A stretch of DNA of 64,000 nucleotides from Laetmonice hystrix (lineage: Eukaryota). A model generated the notes under the pieces. The model saw only the letters and a program-made list of their open reading frames with translations. It was not told the DNA's origin and ran no database searches. The stretch covers positions 1,552,001 through 1,616,000 of the forward strand of contig OZ249436.1 of assembly GCA_965235115.1 (NCBI GenBank). Reading direction: 5' to 3'. Of the stretch, positions 36,295 to 49,334 are shown piece after piece. Each line of letters starts with the position of its first letter. The stretch's first letter is position 1. Made by a program: the position numbers and the translations under genes.

Positions 36295-37502
36295 TTATAA
36301 ACGTCGGCTGGGTCGCTGTTCTCCATCCCCACCGAAACGTCCCCGGCGAGGTCGCTCCTGTCCATCGCCACGTCGGCAAGGACCCCTGGCAGGCAGGATC
36401 TCTTCGAGGTCACACCCCTGGTTGTCATCCTCTTCATCATCCAGGATAGACTCCTCATCATCTTCCTCATCCTCGCCCTCATCTTCCTCATCTTCCTCAT
36501 CTTGCTCGTCACCGAATGGGTCAATAGACTCCTCGTCCTCCTCCGAGGATGATCCAAACCATGGGTTCTCGGGAACACAGATGGACAGCTCGATGTCAGA
36601 CCTCGAACGTCGCAGCTGTACACAGCTCAGGTCTCCCGGACAGGCTTTCTCTACAAGTGTTTCTCCAGTCGTTCTGTTCACCTTCTTGCATACCTGAGGA
36701 GGAAAGAGATGACGATTAAAATAAATGCATACACTTGACATAGTAAGGATAATGACGTGTTGACCTGATGCTAAGTACATGTATATAAAAGGCTAGAATA
36801 TTCTGACTTTCTGGGAACTGCATGGGAATCTATAGGCTTAAATCCGTGGATTGGGTTAATCCTGAGACTAATTCTGTTCTTGCATAAGGCTAAAATATAA
36901 TTTCCTGAAAAATAATGCGGGGGCAGAACCCCTAAAAATGTGCCCTGCTTCCCGAACCCCTGATCCTCCACTGATATCGGTAAGTTCGCTTTCAGTGTTA
37001 TCTCATTGTTATAGTCAGTTGATAAAATTAGCGCCATGTGGTACTAGCTTTGTTTTATAATGTCTCATGAGCAACAATGAATTAAGCGTCTAACGAAGCT
37101 CGAAATACGCCCTACCTGTGGCTTGCAGACGTGGATTTCTAGATCCCCAAAGGGGCCCTTCTTGTTGATTGGAGAGCAGGTCAGGTTCCGTGGACAGGTT
37201 GTTTCACATAGCACAACGTCTGAGGTAATGTTCTTCACAAGGCATCCCATGGGTCGGTGATGATGGCGGTGACCGGGCCGAGGGAACCTGTGCCGGTCAG
37301 ACTCCCCGGCGTCCTGCTCATCACCCCGGCTAGGCCGGACAACTTGTGAGGGCGGTCCCCGGCGACCTCCCAGCCGACCTCCCGCCGGCGGGGGCCCCGG
37401 CCGCCTCCCCGGCCTCCCTCCCCGGGGTCGGCCCGAGACGTCGTGGATGGCCAGTATCACCAGCACCGCCGCTATCAAACAAACTACCAAAGTCGACTTC
37501 AT
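36295..37502 (-). CDS. secreted repeat protein, copy 2, truncated by a premature TAA (261 aa; ancestral stop at 36085-36087)
   Basis: exons 37502-37116 and 36693-36295; TTA TAA in place of TTC GAA after the first repeat; could be a pseudogene or a short variant. Confidence 0.75.
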
Positions 37503-39482
37503 CTTCTGAAATACAAACAGTTACAGTGAAACATACATTTGTAATAATATTATCTGACGTACGGTGTCCCCATACAAACAGTGGTACATGAGTTATACAG
37601 TGTGACCCATTAACCCATACAAACATTGGCACATCTCAGTTACGGTATCCCCTGGCCTTGGTTCGTTTCGACGTGAACTAAAAGTTAAGGCCTTTAGGCC
37701 TACATGTCAGGGGAAAAGACGGCCAAAGTATCACTCAAGCCTATAAAATGTAACTAATGTTAAGTAAATGAAATAATAAATGAAAAGCTCTATTTAACTT
37801 ACCGAAAGTTTTCCTCAGCTGGCTTGAAGCAAGTTATGATCGATACTGTGGCAGTAGCAGAGTTGTACTTGCTGACGTCTATTCGTGCTGAGCTCAGTTC
37901 TCGTTCACTTGGACTGTTTGATGTCAACTGATGGTGGTGTGGCCGTTATATACCCTGAGAGTCTAGAAATCGTGATCACCTTTGTGACGTCACTGCCTGC
38001 GAGGGGTTTGTTTGAGGCCACAGATCTGCTGACTGCATGACACACGCGTGGAGGAGCAGTCAACCGTGACGTCTGGAGTATGTACACACCTAGGTTTGCT
38101 GCATCTAAATGCTGGGTTTAATACTATTTTTAGATCTACCCCCTGTCACGACGATATATGATCCATGATTCATTGAAGCGATCAATACAGGGCCTGCTGT
38201 TTTTACTGTCCTCATACCATTCACACAGCTATTTCTGGAGGTTCCATGACGGTCCAAATGATGTTTAATATGTTAGAGAAAATGTGTAACGGATCGTACA
38301 CAATGTTTGCGGACTGGCTCACTGACGTGTGGCGGGCAGTGTACCTACGTTACTCACGTTATTTTAATTATGTGCATTGAACGTCATTAAATTATCTTCA
38401 AGATTATTCCATGTGCCTTACAGCAAATCGGCCATTGCCTTAATTGTATTGAAGGTGTACAGAGAAGGTAGGTTTCTGGAAGGGCCCTATAATCACCCCA
38501 CCCCTAGAAATCAAAGACAGTTCAGACCAGTCAGACAAGGGAAGGGTGGCATGGAGCAGCCAGTTGTATGCCATACTGTTATACAGGCGAGGGGTTTGTT
38601 TAAGGTCACAGATCTGCTGACTACGTCAGACACGCGTGGAGGGGCAGTCAACCGTGACGTCTGGAGTATGTGTACACCTAGGTTTGCTGCAGCCTAATGC
38701 TTGGTTCAATCCTATTTTTAGATCTACCCCTGTCACGACGACATGGTCCATTGAGGCTATCAATACACGTCAGGACCTACGACTTTATTTTTACTTTCAT
38801 TATACATGTATTATTCATGGAGCTATTTCTGGAGGTTCCATGACGTCGGGCTTAACAAGATGTTTAATGTTAGCAAAAATGTGTAAAGAATCGTCCGCAA
38901 TATTGTACAGAAAAGGTAAGGTTCTGAAAGGGCCCTATAATCACCCCACCCCTAGAAATCAAAGACAGTTCAGACCAGTCAGACAAGGGAAGGGTGGAAT
39001 GGAGCGGCCAGTTGTATGTCATACTGTTATACACAGACAAAATCGATCCTACCAATCCTAAGACAAGTGGACAATACCGGAATTACCGGGTGGCTTTTCA
39101 CTGCTACCACTCTGGATTGACCCAATAAGTATCGAATCCTTGGAGAAAAACAAATCAAAGTTGTTTGGAAAAAGGAGGTATTTAGGTTGGCTTTCAATGA
39201 TTTTGTTACCTTTTTAGGCACGTTTTGAGCAAGTTTCAAGGAGTGCTGTATGTGGTGCTGTCGGAGATGTGACTGCTGTGGCCACAGGTCTACATTTATT
39301 ACTGTGTCTCCTTTTCTCACCGAAAGTACACAACATAGCTTCTCTATACGCTGGTTGCAAAGACTAATTGATAGGGGGACGTAAGAAAAGATATGAGTCA
39401 TGGCAGGAGGGGTCAAATATATTACTCTACGGTTTAAGGATACAGAGACACAACAAGTATCGAATCTCTTGAGACAGAGTGT

Positions 39483-39498
39483 GGCCCTGACAAGGGCC
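39483..39498 (-). terminator. histone-type stem-loop, copy 5
   Basis: GGCCCTTGTCAGGGCC + CAAGAGA. Confidence 0.72.
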
Positions 39499-39528
39499 GC
39501 GTAGGTTTGTGTGAGATAATGGTTCTCT

Positions 39529-39777
39529 TCACTGGTGCTGGTCGTCATCGCCCTCGTACACCTCGGCCCAGTCGACCTGAAACTCCTCCATGAGGCGGTC
39601 CTGCATATCGTCCAGGAGGTCTCTCAGGAAGGAGCGGCGGTTCTTGCGGACGGCACGGTCGTATTTGGTCTTCATTTCCTTGATACGATTGTTGAGGAGA
39701 ATGAGTTGCTGACAGGCCACCTTGAACTTGCGGTCCATCTGGCGCATCTCTGAGATGAGTTTTTCAACCGTAGCCAT
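39529..39777 (-). CDS. coiled-coil protein, copy 5 (type A) with an in-frame net 24-aa deletion (82 aa); possible pseudogene
   Basis: RYHNRLRLVTLEGVRNMFWEYANSRA is replaced by LR; promoter and stem-loop are intact. Confidence 0.7.
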   Translation of the reverse strand: MATVEKLISEMRQMDRKFKVACQQLILLNNRIKEMKTKYDRAVRKNRRSFLRDLLDDMQDRLMEEFQVDWAEVYEGDDDQHQ

Positions 39778-40163
39778 GACTGTAGTAAGATATGCTGGGG
39801 AATGGTTGCACGCTGAAGGCTGAACGAAGTATGTTTCCAAGTAGTCCTAGTACCGGTTATATATGGTGGGAAAGAGTGAGTGTGGAGGTGAGTGTTGATG
39901 GCAAGAGGAGGTTATTTGTGAGGTGTGATAACGGGTGCTCACTCTGACCTAGTCGCTCAGCTTTGACACCTGACAAAGGTGTCAGTCCTTGATCTTGTCC
40001 GCCTCTGTCTCTCTCTCTATCTCTGTCTATCCCTGTGTCTCTCTGTCTCTTTCTCTCTCTTTCTCGCTCTCTGTCTGTCTCTCTCTCTCCCCCTCTCTCT
40101 CATTCCCTCTGTCTCACTCTCTCCCCTCTCTCTTTCTCTCATTCCCTCTCTCTCATTCTCTCC

Positions 40164-40223
<60 letters not shown>

Positions 40224-41232
40224 ACATGCTGATGCATGAAGTCATTAGGCCTATTAGCCAGTAATACTCCTCTACCAACAGTAGGGCCTATGTTCAGTGT
40301 GGCCTCATATAATGGGTATTATTTTTTAATCCTGGAGGAATCTGTCTTATTTCCTCTTACTTCCATAGCAATCCCTCCGTCAGAGGGCCTCGCGGTATTC
40401 CGCCCGTGTAGTTTATGCCCACTCCGTAAGAGGGCGCCTAAGTGCGTTACCATGTAGCCTCCCCCCTGCAGACTAGCAGAGTTCAGGTGGCTAGTAATCC
40501 GGTTCTATAGCCTGCAGGGGGGAGGGGGAAGGGGGCAACTGCCCCCGGGATATCCAGTTTTAAATCATTATTATGGGACTTGGATCTCCAAAATTGACAC
40601 TGGAAGTGACACCTAGTACTTCCTCAGGAGGCACTGACCTCCTGCGTATTTGGGCCAGACTACAACCCTGATGGTATATCAGCCCTTTTTCCTCCCTATT
40701 TTGCTTAAAAGCTTCAAGTGTGAACATGTTTTTTTCACAATAGTCTGATATGGTATCGATTAAATAGAATTAGGATAATTAATATTTTTGGGGCATTTTT
40801 AAGTTTTATTCTTGGAATGTAATTTTCAGACCCCACCGCCGCGTTAAAAGGTTTAATGATTCAGCAGCACACGTGGAAGGCCAATAGAAAAGCCGTGCAA
40901 CAATGCGTGGAAAAGGACTGGAAGTTGTTAAAGAGTAGCAAGTGGACAGATAGATGGATGCATTGATAAACAGTTTAATAGTATAGAGTTTCACATTATG
41001 GGAATATTTGATGCATTTGCTCGTGTAATTTAGGCAGCCACAATATAAAATTCCCTTTTGAAACATTGCCGGATAACTTGCTTCTCTTTTTACACAGCTT
41101 GCAAAGAATTGTTGATGGGGGAAGGAATAACAGGCAACGTTGGAGTCATAGTAGAAGGGGGTCAAAATATATTACTCTACGGTTTAAGGATTGAGAGACA
41201 CAACAGGTATCGAATCTCTTGAGACAGAGTGT

Positions 41233-41248
41233 GGCCCTGACAAGGGCC
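41233..41248 (-). terminator. histone-type stem-loop, copy 6
   Basis: GGCCCTTGTCAGGGCC + CAAGAGA. Confidence 0.75.
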
Positions 41249-41278
41249 GTGTAGGTTTGTGTGAGAGAATGGTTCTCT

Positions 41279-41599
41279 TCACTGGTGCTGGTCGACATGG
41301 CCCTCGTACACCTCGGCCCAATCGATCTGAAACTCCTCCATGAGGCGGTCCTGCATATCGTCCAGGAGGTCGGCACGGCTGTTGGCATACTCCCAGAACA
41401 TGTTCCTCACTCCCTCCAGGGTGACCAGACGGAGCCGGTTGTGGTAGCGGAAGGAGCGGCGGTTCTTGCGGACGGCACGTTCGTGTTTGGTCTTCATTTC
41501 CTTGATACGTTTGTTGAGGAGATTGATTTGCTGACAGGCCACCTGGAACTTGCGGTCCATCTGGCGCATCTCAGAGATAAGTTTATCAACTGGAGCCAT
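41279..41599 (-). CDS. intronless 106-aa coiled-coil protein, copy 6 (type B)
   Basis: intact paralogous ORF. Confidence 0.85.
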   Translation of the reverse strand: MAPVDKLISEMRQMDRKFQVACQQINLLNKRIKEMKTKHERAVRKNRRSFRYHNRLRLVTLEGVRNMFWEYANSRADLLDDMQDRLMEEFQIDWAEVYEGHVDQHQ

Positions 41600-43177
41600 G
41601 ACTGTAGTGAAATATTTTGAGGGAATGATTGCACGCTGAAGGCTGAACAAAGTATGTTTCCAAGTAATCGCAGTATCGGTTTTATATCGCGTTGGAGATA
41701 GTGAGTGTGGAGGTGAGTGTTGATGGCAAGAGGAGGTTATTTGTGAGGTGTGATAACAGGTGCTTACTCTGACCATAGAGTCTATATTGACTCAATATAC
41801 ACTCTATGCTCTCACCTAATCGCTCAGCTTTGACACCTGACAAAGGTGTCAGACGCTGTAGTGCTGTGAGAAATAAGTTCATTGTTTTATATTATAACGG
41901 ATTTCATAGGCGTCCCAGGGGAGCGGAGTGGGCGAGGGTGCGAACGCCCCCCCCCCCCCCCGGCCAAAGGTGCCCCTAAAATGTTCAAGATTCATTGGTG
42001 TAAAAGGTATCAAAACGGAGCCTGTTCTGTCCTGACTAGGTGGCATCTGGAGTCGCATTCGAAAATCCTGGGAACGCCCTTGGACTTGTCTTATAAGCGT
42101 AAAACCTGAAGGAGTCTGACCTTTAGTTGCTTTGTAATAATATATCTATGTGATATAGCTTTTCTTAAATATTATCATTGAATAGGTTGAATATGACACG
42201 GACACTGTTAATTTTCTTTGTTAGTGTATAATAAGTTACGCCCTTACATGGGTCTAGATGTGTCGGGAAGAGTTCTTGTTGCTCGTTATTAGGATGTACG
42301 GAATTTGGATCCCCGCAATTAGACCCAGAAATCTTGTGGGCCCTACCGCCCTCCAGATCACTTGATGTGTGATAACTGTTGGGTAGGTGACGAGTAGAAA
42401 ATAGTCGGTCGGTTCAGGATTTTTCTTCTTGGACGAGCCCTAGCTATATACCTATGAGGGCCAGATCTAGGAATGTCTGGAGAACTGAGAAGGGCGCTAA
42501 CCGTGCATTAATCCAAGCCATCAAAACCATAAATCAACACTTCAGCTAAATGAAGAAGTTTATTTCATTTCATTAAGAGTCACATTCTTGTAGTTGAGCG
42601 TCATACAAGACAATATTACTTTGGTTTGTTCGAGACATATTTACAAACATCAGACCAACTCCCAAAACAACGTTATCGGTTTACTCACTTGGTTTTAACA
42701 TGTATTGACCCTTTGAACATGTTTGTATGTAGATAGGAATGCCCCTTAACATTAAGAGATCAATACATTTGTACATGCATAGAACTACAGTAGTCGACAA
42801 CTGTGCATGCGACCAGCACATACTGAATAACGGAGTTGACATTATATAAATGAAGCAGATTGCTATGTCAGGAAACGAGAGATGTGATATCAACTTTTAT
42901 AACAATATGTACATGTACGAGAAAATAAGTCCTATTTTCATTGGATTTCTGTTTTAATTTTCCTTAATAGCTATGTCTACAGGACTCCAGCCAGCTCCTT
43001 GATTTGTGCGTGATGATGAATTGAGATTAGTAACACATTCTCCGCCAGGGAGGAAGTTTTTCAATCTCTCATGTCTGAGAAACCATCACCGAGAGATCGA
43101 GTTTCTTGATCTCGAGTTGTGACTACCTGAGCGTCCTTCAACTTGGTTCACTCCTGTTCCCATTCTGAAGGGATCAT

Positions 43178-44494
43178 TCAAGGAATTCGTCGGCTGGGTC
43201 GTTCTCCACCGAAACGTCGGCTGGGTCGTTCTTCTCCATCTTCACCGAAACGTCGGCTGGGTCCCTGTTCTCCATCTCCATCGAAACGTCGGCTGGGTCG
43301 CTGTTCTCCATCTTCTTCGAAACGTCGGCTGGGTCGCTGTTCTCCATCCCCACCGAAACGTCCCCGGCGAGGTCGCTCCTGTCCATCACCACGTCGGCAA
43401 GGACCCCTGGCAGGCAGGATCTCTTTGAGGTCACACCCCTGGTTGTCATCCTCTTCATCATCCAGGATAGAATCCTCATCATCTTCCTCATCCTCGCCCT
43501 CATCTTCCTCATCTTGCTCGTCACCGAATGGGTCAATAGACTCCTCGTCCTCCTCCGAGGATGATCCAAACCATGGGTTCTCGGGAACACAGATGGACAG
43601 CTCGATGTCAGACCTCGAACGTCGCAGCTGTACACAGCTCAGGTCTCCTGGGCAGGCTTTCTCTACAAGTGTTTCTCCAGTCGTTCTGTTCACCTTCTTG
43701 CATACCTGAGGAGGAAAGAGATGACGATTAAAATGAATGCATGTACTTGGCATAGTAAGGATAATGACGTGTTGACTAAAAGGCTAGAATATTCCGACTT
43801 TCTGGCAACTGCATGGGAATAGGCTTAAATCCGTGGATTGGGTTAATCCTGAGACTAATTCTGTTCTTGCATACGGCTAAAATAACATTTCCTGAAAAAT
43901 AATGCGGGGGGGGGCAGAATCCCTAAAAATGTGCCCTGCTTCCCGAACCCCTCGATCCTCTACTGATATCGGTAAGTTCGCTTTCAGTGTTATCTCATTG
44001 TTATAGTCAGTTGATAAAATTAGCACCATGTGGCACTAGCTTTGTTTTATAATGTCTCATGAGCAACAATGAATTAAGCATCTAACGAAGCTCGAAATAC
44101 GCCCTACCTGTGGCTTGCAGACGTGGATTTCTAGATCTCCAAAGGGGCCCTTCTTGTTGATTGGAGAGCAGGTCAGGTTCCGTGGACAGGTTGTTTCACA
44201 TAGCACAACGTCTGAGGTAATGTTCTTCACAAGGCACCCCATGGGTCGGTGATGATGGCGGTGACCGGGCCGAGGGAACCTGTGCCGGTCAGACTCCCCG
44301 GCGTCCTGCTCATCACCCCGGCTAGGCCGGCCACCCTGTGAGGGCGATCCCCGGCGACCTCCCAGCCGACCTCCCGCCGGCGGTGGCCCCGGCCGCCTCC
44401 CCGGCCTCCCTCCCCGGGGTCGGCCCGAGACGTCGTGGATGGCCAGTATCACCAGCACCGCCGCTATCAAACAAACTACCAAAGTCGACTTCAT
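43178..44494 (-). CDS. secreted repeat protein, copy 3 (304 aa, 4 repeats)
   Basis: exons 44494-44108 and 43705-43178. Confidence 0.88.
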
Positions 44495-45975
44495 CTTCTG
44501 AAATACAAACAGTTACAGTGAAACATACATTTGTAATAATATTATCTGACTTACAGTGTCCCCATACAAACAGTGGTACATAGTACATTTGTAATAATAT
44601 TATCTGACGTACGGTGTCCCCATACAAACAGTGGTAGGCCTACATAATCTGAGTTACGACGTGACCCATTAACCCATACAAACAGTGGTAGGCCTACATA
44701 ATCTGAGTTACGACGTGACCCATTAACCCATACAAACAGTGGCACATCTGAGTTACGGTGTCCGCTGGCCTTGGTTCGTTTAGACGTGAACTAAAAGTTA
44801 AGGCCGTTAGGCCTACATGTCAGGGGAAAAGACGGTCAACGTATCACTGAAGCCTATAGAATGTAACTAATGTTAAGTAAATGAAATAATAAATGAAAAG
44901 CTCTATTTAACTTACCGAAAGTGTTCCTCAGCTGGCCTGAAGCAAGTTATGATCGGTACTGTGGCAGTAGCAGAGTTGTACTTGCTGACGTCTATTCGTG
45001 CTGAGCTCAGTTCTCGTTCACTTGGACTGTTTGATGTCAACTGATGGTGGTGTGGCCGTTATATACCCTGAGATTCTAGAAATCGTGATCACCTTTGTGA
45101 CGTCAATGGTTGGCCAGGGGTTTGTATAAGGTCACAGGTCTGCGGACGGCATGGGACACCCGCCGAGGCGCAGTCAACCGTGACGTCTGGAGTATGTACA
45201 TGTATACACCTTGGTTTGATGTGGCCTAATGCTGGGTTCAATCCTATTTTTAGATCTACCCCTGTCACGACGACATGGTCCATTGAGGCTATCAATACAC
45301 GTCAGGACCTACGACATTATTTTTACTTTCATTATATTATTCATCGAGCTATTTCTGGAGGTTCCATGACGTCGGGCTTAAATAGATGTTTAATGTTAGC
45401 AAAAATGTGTAAAGAATCGTCTACAATATAGTACAGAAAAGGTAGGGTCTGAAAGGGAATCACCCCACCCCTAGAAATCAAAGACAGTTCAGACCAGTCA
45501 GACAATGGATAGGTGGAATGGAGCAGACAAAATCGATCCAACAATCATTGTTAAGACAAGTGGACAATACCTGAATTACCGGGTGGCTTTTCACTGCTAC
45601 CACTCTGGATTGACCCAATAAGTATTGAATCCTTGGGGAAAACCAAATCAAAATTGTATGGAAAAAGTAGATATTTAGGTTGGCTTTCCAAGATTTTGTT
45701 ACCTTTTTAGGTCAGTTTTCAGCAAGTTTTAAGGAGTGCTGTGTGTGGTTCTGTCGGAGATGTGACTGCTGTGGACACAGTTCTACATTTATTACTGTGT
45801 CTCCTTTTCTCACCGAAAGTACACAACATAGCTTCTCTATACGCTGGTTGCAAAGACTAATTGATAGGGGGACGTAAGAAAAGATATGAGTCATGGCAGG
45901 AGGGGTCAAATATATTACTCTACGGTTTAAGGATAGAGAGACACAACAAGTATCGAATCTCTTGAGACAGAGTGT

Positions 45976-45991
45976 GGCCCTGACAAGGGCC
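45976..45991 (-). terminator. histone-type stem-loop, copy 7
   Basis: GGCCCTTGTCAGGGCC + CAAGAGA. Confidence 0.75.
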
Positions 45992-46021
45992 GTCTAGGTT
46001 TGTGTGGGAGAATGGTTCTCG

Positions 46022-46342
46022 TTACTGGTGCTGGTCGTCATGGCCCTCGTACACCTCGGCCCAGTCGACCTGAAACTCCTCCATGAGGCGGTCCTGCATA
46101 TCGTCCAGGAGGTCGGCACGGCTGTTGGCGTACTCCCAGAACATGTTCCTCACTCCCTCCAGGGTGACCAGACGGAGGCGGTTGTGGTAGCGGAAGGAGC
46201 GGCGGTTCTTGCGGACGGCACGGTCGTATTTGGTATTCATTTCCTTGATACGGTTGTTGAGGAGAATGAGTTGCTGACAGGCCACCTTGAACTTGCGGTC
46301 CATCTGGCGCATCTCTGAGATGAGTTTATCAACTGGAGCCAT
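46022..46342 (-). CDS. intronless 106-aa coiled-coil protein, copy 7 (type-A position, B-type MAPVDK N-terminus)
   Basis: intact ORF, TAA stop. Confidence 0.85.
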   Translation of the reverse strand: MAPVDKLISEMRQMDRKFKVACQQLILLNNRIKEMNTKYDRAVRKNRRSFRYHNRLRLVTLEGVRNMFWEYANSRADLLDDMQDRLMEEFQVDWAEVYEGHDDQHQ

Positions 46343-47667
46343 GACTGTAGTAAGATATGCTGGGGAATGGTCGCACACTGATGGCTGAACGAAGTATGTT
46401 TCCAAGTAGTCCTAGTACCGGTTATATATGGTGGGAAAGAGTGAGTGTGGAGTTGAGTGTTGATGGCAAGAGGAGGTTATTTGTGAGGTGTGATAACGGG
46501 TGCTTACTCTGACCTAATCGCTCAGCTTTGACACCTGACAAAGGTGTCAGACGCTGTAGTCCTGAGATCTTGTCCGTCTCTGTCTCTCTGTCTCTGCCTC
46601 TGTCTCTCTCTGTCTCTCTGTCTCTTTCTGTCTCTCTCTCTATCTCTCTGTCTGTCTCTCTCACATGGTGATGTACCACGTTTCAGGCCAGTAACACTCC
46701 TCTACCAACAGTAGAGCCTATAACCAATTCAGTGTGGCCTCATATAATGGCCGTTATTTTTTTAATCCTGGAGGAATCTGTCTTAATTCCTCTTACTTCC
46801 ATAGCACTCCCTCCGTCAGAGGGCCTCGCGGTATTCCACCGATGTAGTTATAGGCCTACCACTCCATAAATGGGCGACTAAGTACGTGACCATGTGGCCC
46901 CCTCTCCTTGCAGACTGGCAGATTTCAGGTGGCTAGTATACTGTCTGTAGCCTGCGGGGGGAGGGGGAAGGAGACAACCCTCCTTGGATATCCAGTTTAA
47001 AATAATTATTATAGGGCTGGATCACCAAAATTGACACTGGATTTGACACCTAGTAATTCTTCAGGAGGCACTGCCCTCTTGCGTATTTGGGCCAGACTAC
47101 GGCCCTGGTATATTTGTTTTTTTCTCCCTATTTTGCGATAAAGGCTTCATGTGGGAACATGTTTGTTTTTCTGCATTAGTCTGATATAGTATAGTTTCAA
47201 TAAGATTAGGATAATGAATATGTTTGAGGTCTTTTAAAGTTTTATTCTTGAAGCGTAATTTTCACCCCCTCCCCTAGTTTAGTTTAGTGCTTTAGCTGCA
47301 ACACGTGGAATCCAAATAGACCGGCCTTGTAGCAATGCATAGAAAAGGACTGGAAGTTGTTCAAGAGTAGCAAGTGGGCAGACAGATGGATGGGTTCATA
47401 AAGAGTTTATTAGCAAAGAGTTTCATATTTTACGGGAATATTTGAGACAGTTTTTGGCAATATTATATGCAGCCACAATGTGATTTTCCTTTTTCAAACA
47501 TTGCCGGATAACTTGTTTCTCTTTCTACGCAGCTTGCAAAGAATGATTCATGGGGGAAGGAAGAAAAGACAAGATTGGAGTCATAGTAGAAGGGGGTCGA
47601 AATATATTACTCTACGGTTTAAGGATAGAAAGACACAACAAGTATCGAATCTCTTGAGACAGAGTGT

Positions 47668-47683
47668 GGCCCTGACAAGGGCC
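47668..47683 (-). terminator. histone-type stem-loop, copy 8
   Basis: GGCCCTTGTCAGGGCC + CAAGAGA. Confidence 0.75.
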
Positions 47684-47713
47684 GTGTAGGTTTGTGTGAG
47701 AGAATGGTTCTGT

Positions 47714-48034
47714 TCACTGGTGCTGGTCGTCATCGCCCTCGTACACCTCGGCCCAGTCGATCTGAAACTCCTCCATGAGACGGTCCTGCATATCGTCCAG
47801 GAGGTCTGCACGGCTGTTGGCGTACTCCCAGAACATGTTCCTCACTCCCTCCAGGGTGACCAGACGGAGACGGTTGTGGTAGCGGAAGGAGCGGCGGTTC
47901 TTGCGGACGGCACGTTCGTGTTTGGTCTTCATTTCCTTGATACGTTTGTTGAGGAGATTGATTTGCTGACAGGCCACCTGGAACTTGCGGTCCATCTGGC
48001 GGATCTCTGAGATGAGTTTGTCAACTGGAGCCAT
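47714..48034 (-). CDS. intronless 106-aa coiled-coil protein, copy 8 (type B)
   Basis: intact paralogous ORF. Confidence 0.85.
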   Translation of the reverse strand: MAPVDKLISEIRQMDRKFQVACQQINLLNKRIKEMKTKHERAVRKNRRSFRYHNRLRLVTLEGVRNMFWEYANSRADLLDDMQDRLMEEFQIDWAEVYEGDDDQHQ

Positions 48035-49334
48035 GACTGTAGTAAAATATTTTAAGGGAATGAGTGCACGCTGGACGTTGAACAAAGTATGTTTCCAAGT
48101 AATTGCAGTATCGATTTTATATCGCGTTGGGAAGAGTGAGTGTGGAGTTGAGTGTTGATGGCAAGAGGAGGTTATTTGTGAGGTGTGATAACAGGTGCTC
48201 ACGCTGACCTAATCGCTCAGCTTTGACACCTGACAAAGGTGTCAGACGCTGTAGTCCTGAGAGAAATAAGTTCATTGTTTTATATTTTAACGGATTTCAT
48301 AGGCGTCCCAGGGGAGCGGAGTGGGCGAGGGTGCGAACGCCCCCACCCGGCCAAAGGTGCCCCTAAAATGTTCAAGATTCATTGGTGTAAAAGGTATCAA
48401 AACGGAGCCTGTTCTGTCCTGACCAGGTGGCACCTGGAGCCGCATTCGAAAATCCTGGGAACGCCTTTGGACTGTCTTATAGGCCTAAAACCTGAAGGAG
48501 TCTGACCTTTAGTTGCTTTGTAATAATATATCTATGTGATATAGCTTTTCTTAAATATTATCATTGTCATATTAGGTTGAATATGATACGGACACTGTTA
48601 ATTTTCTTTGTTAGTGTATAATATCACTTGATGTGTGATAACTGTTGGGTAGGTGACGAGTAGCAAATAGTTGGTCGGTTCAGGATTTTTCTTCTTGGAC
48701 GAGCCCTAGCTATATGCCTGAAAGGGGCAAATCTAGGAATGTCTGGAGAACTGAGAGGGGCGCTAACCATGCATTAATCCAAGCCATCAAAACCACAAAT
48801 CAACACTTCGGCTAAATGAAGACGTTTATTTTAATTAAGAGTGACATTCTTGTAGTTGAGCGTCACGTTGATACAAGACAATGAGATCAATGCATGCATA
48901 CAACTACAGTAGTCGACAACACTATGCATGCGGCCAGCGCATACTGGATAACGTAGTTGACATTATATAAACGAAGCAGATAACTTTTTTATGGTTATCC
49001 CTGAGTGTTTGACACTTGCTATGTCAAGGGAACGAGAGATCTGATATCAATTTTTATAACAATAAGTACACGTACTAGAACATAAGTCCTATTTTCATTG
49101 GATTTCTGTTTTAATTTTCGTTAATAGCTATGTCTACAGGGCTCCAGCCAGCTCCTTGATTTGTGCGTGATGATGAATTGAGATTAGTAACACATTCTCC
49201 GCCAGGGAGGAAGTTTTTCCATCTCTCATGTCTGAGAAACCATCACCGAGAGATCGAGTTTCTTAAGCTCGAGTTGTGACTACCTGAGCGTCCTTCAACG
49301 TGGTTCACTCCTGTTCCCATTCTGAAGGGATCAT

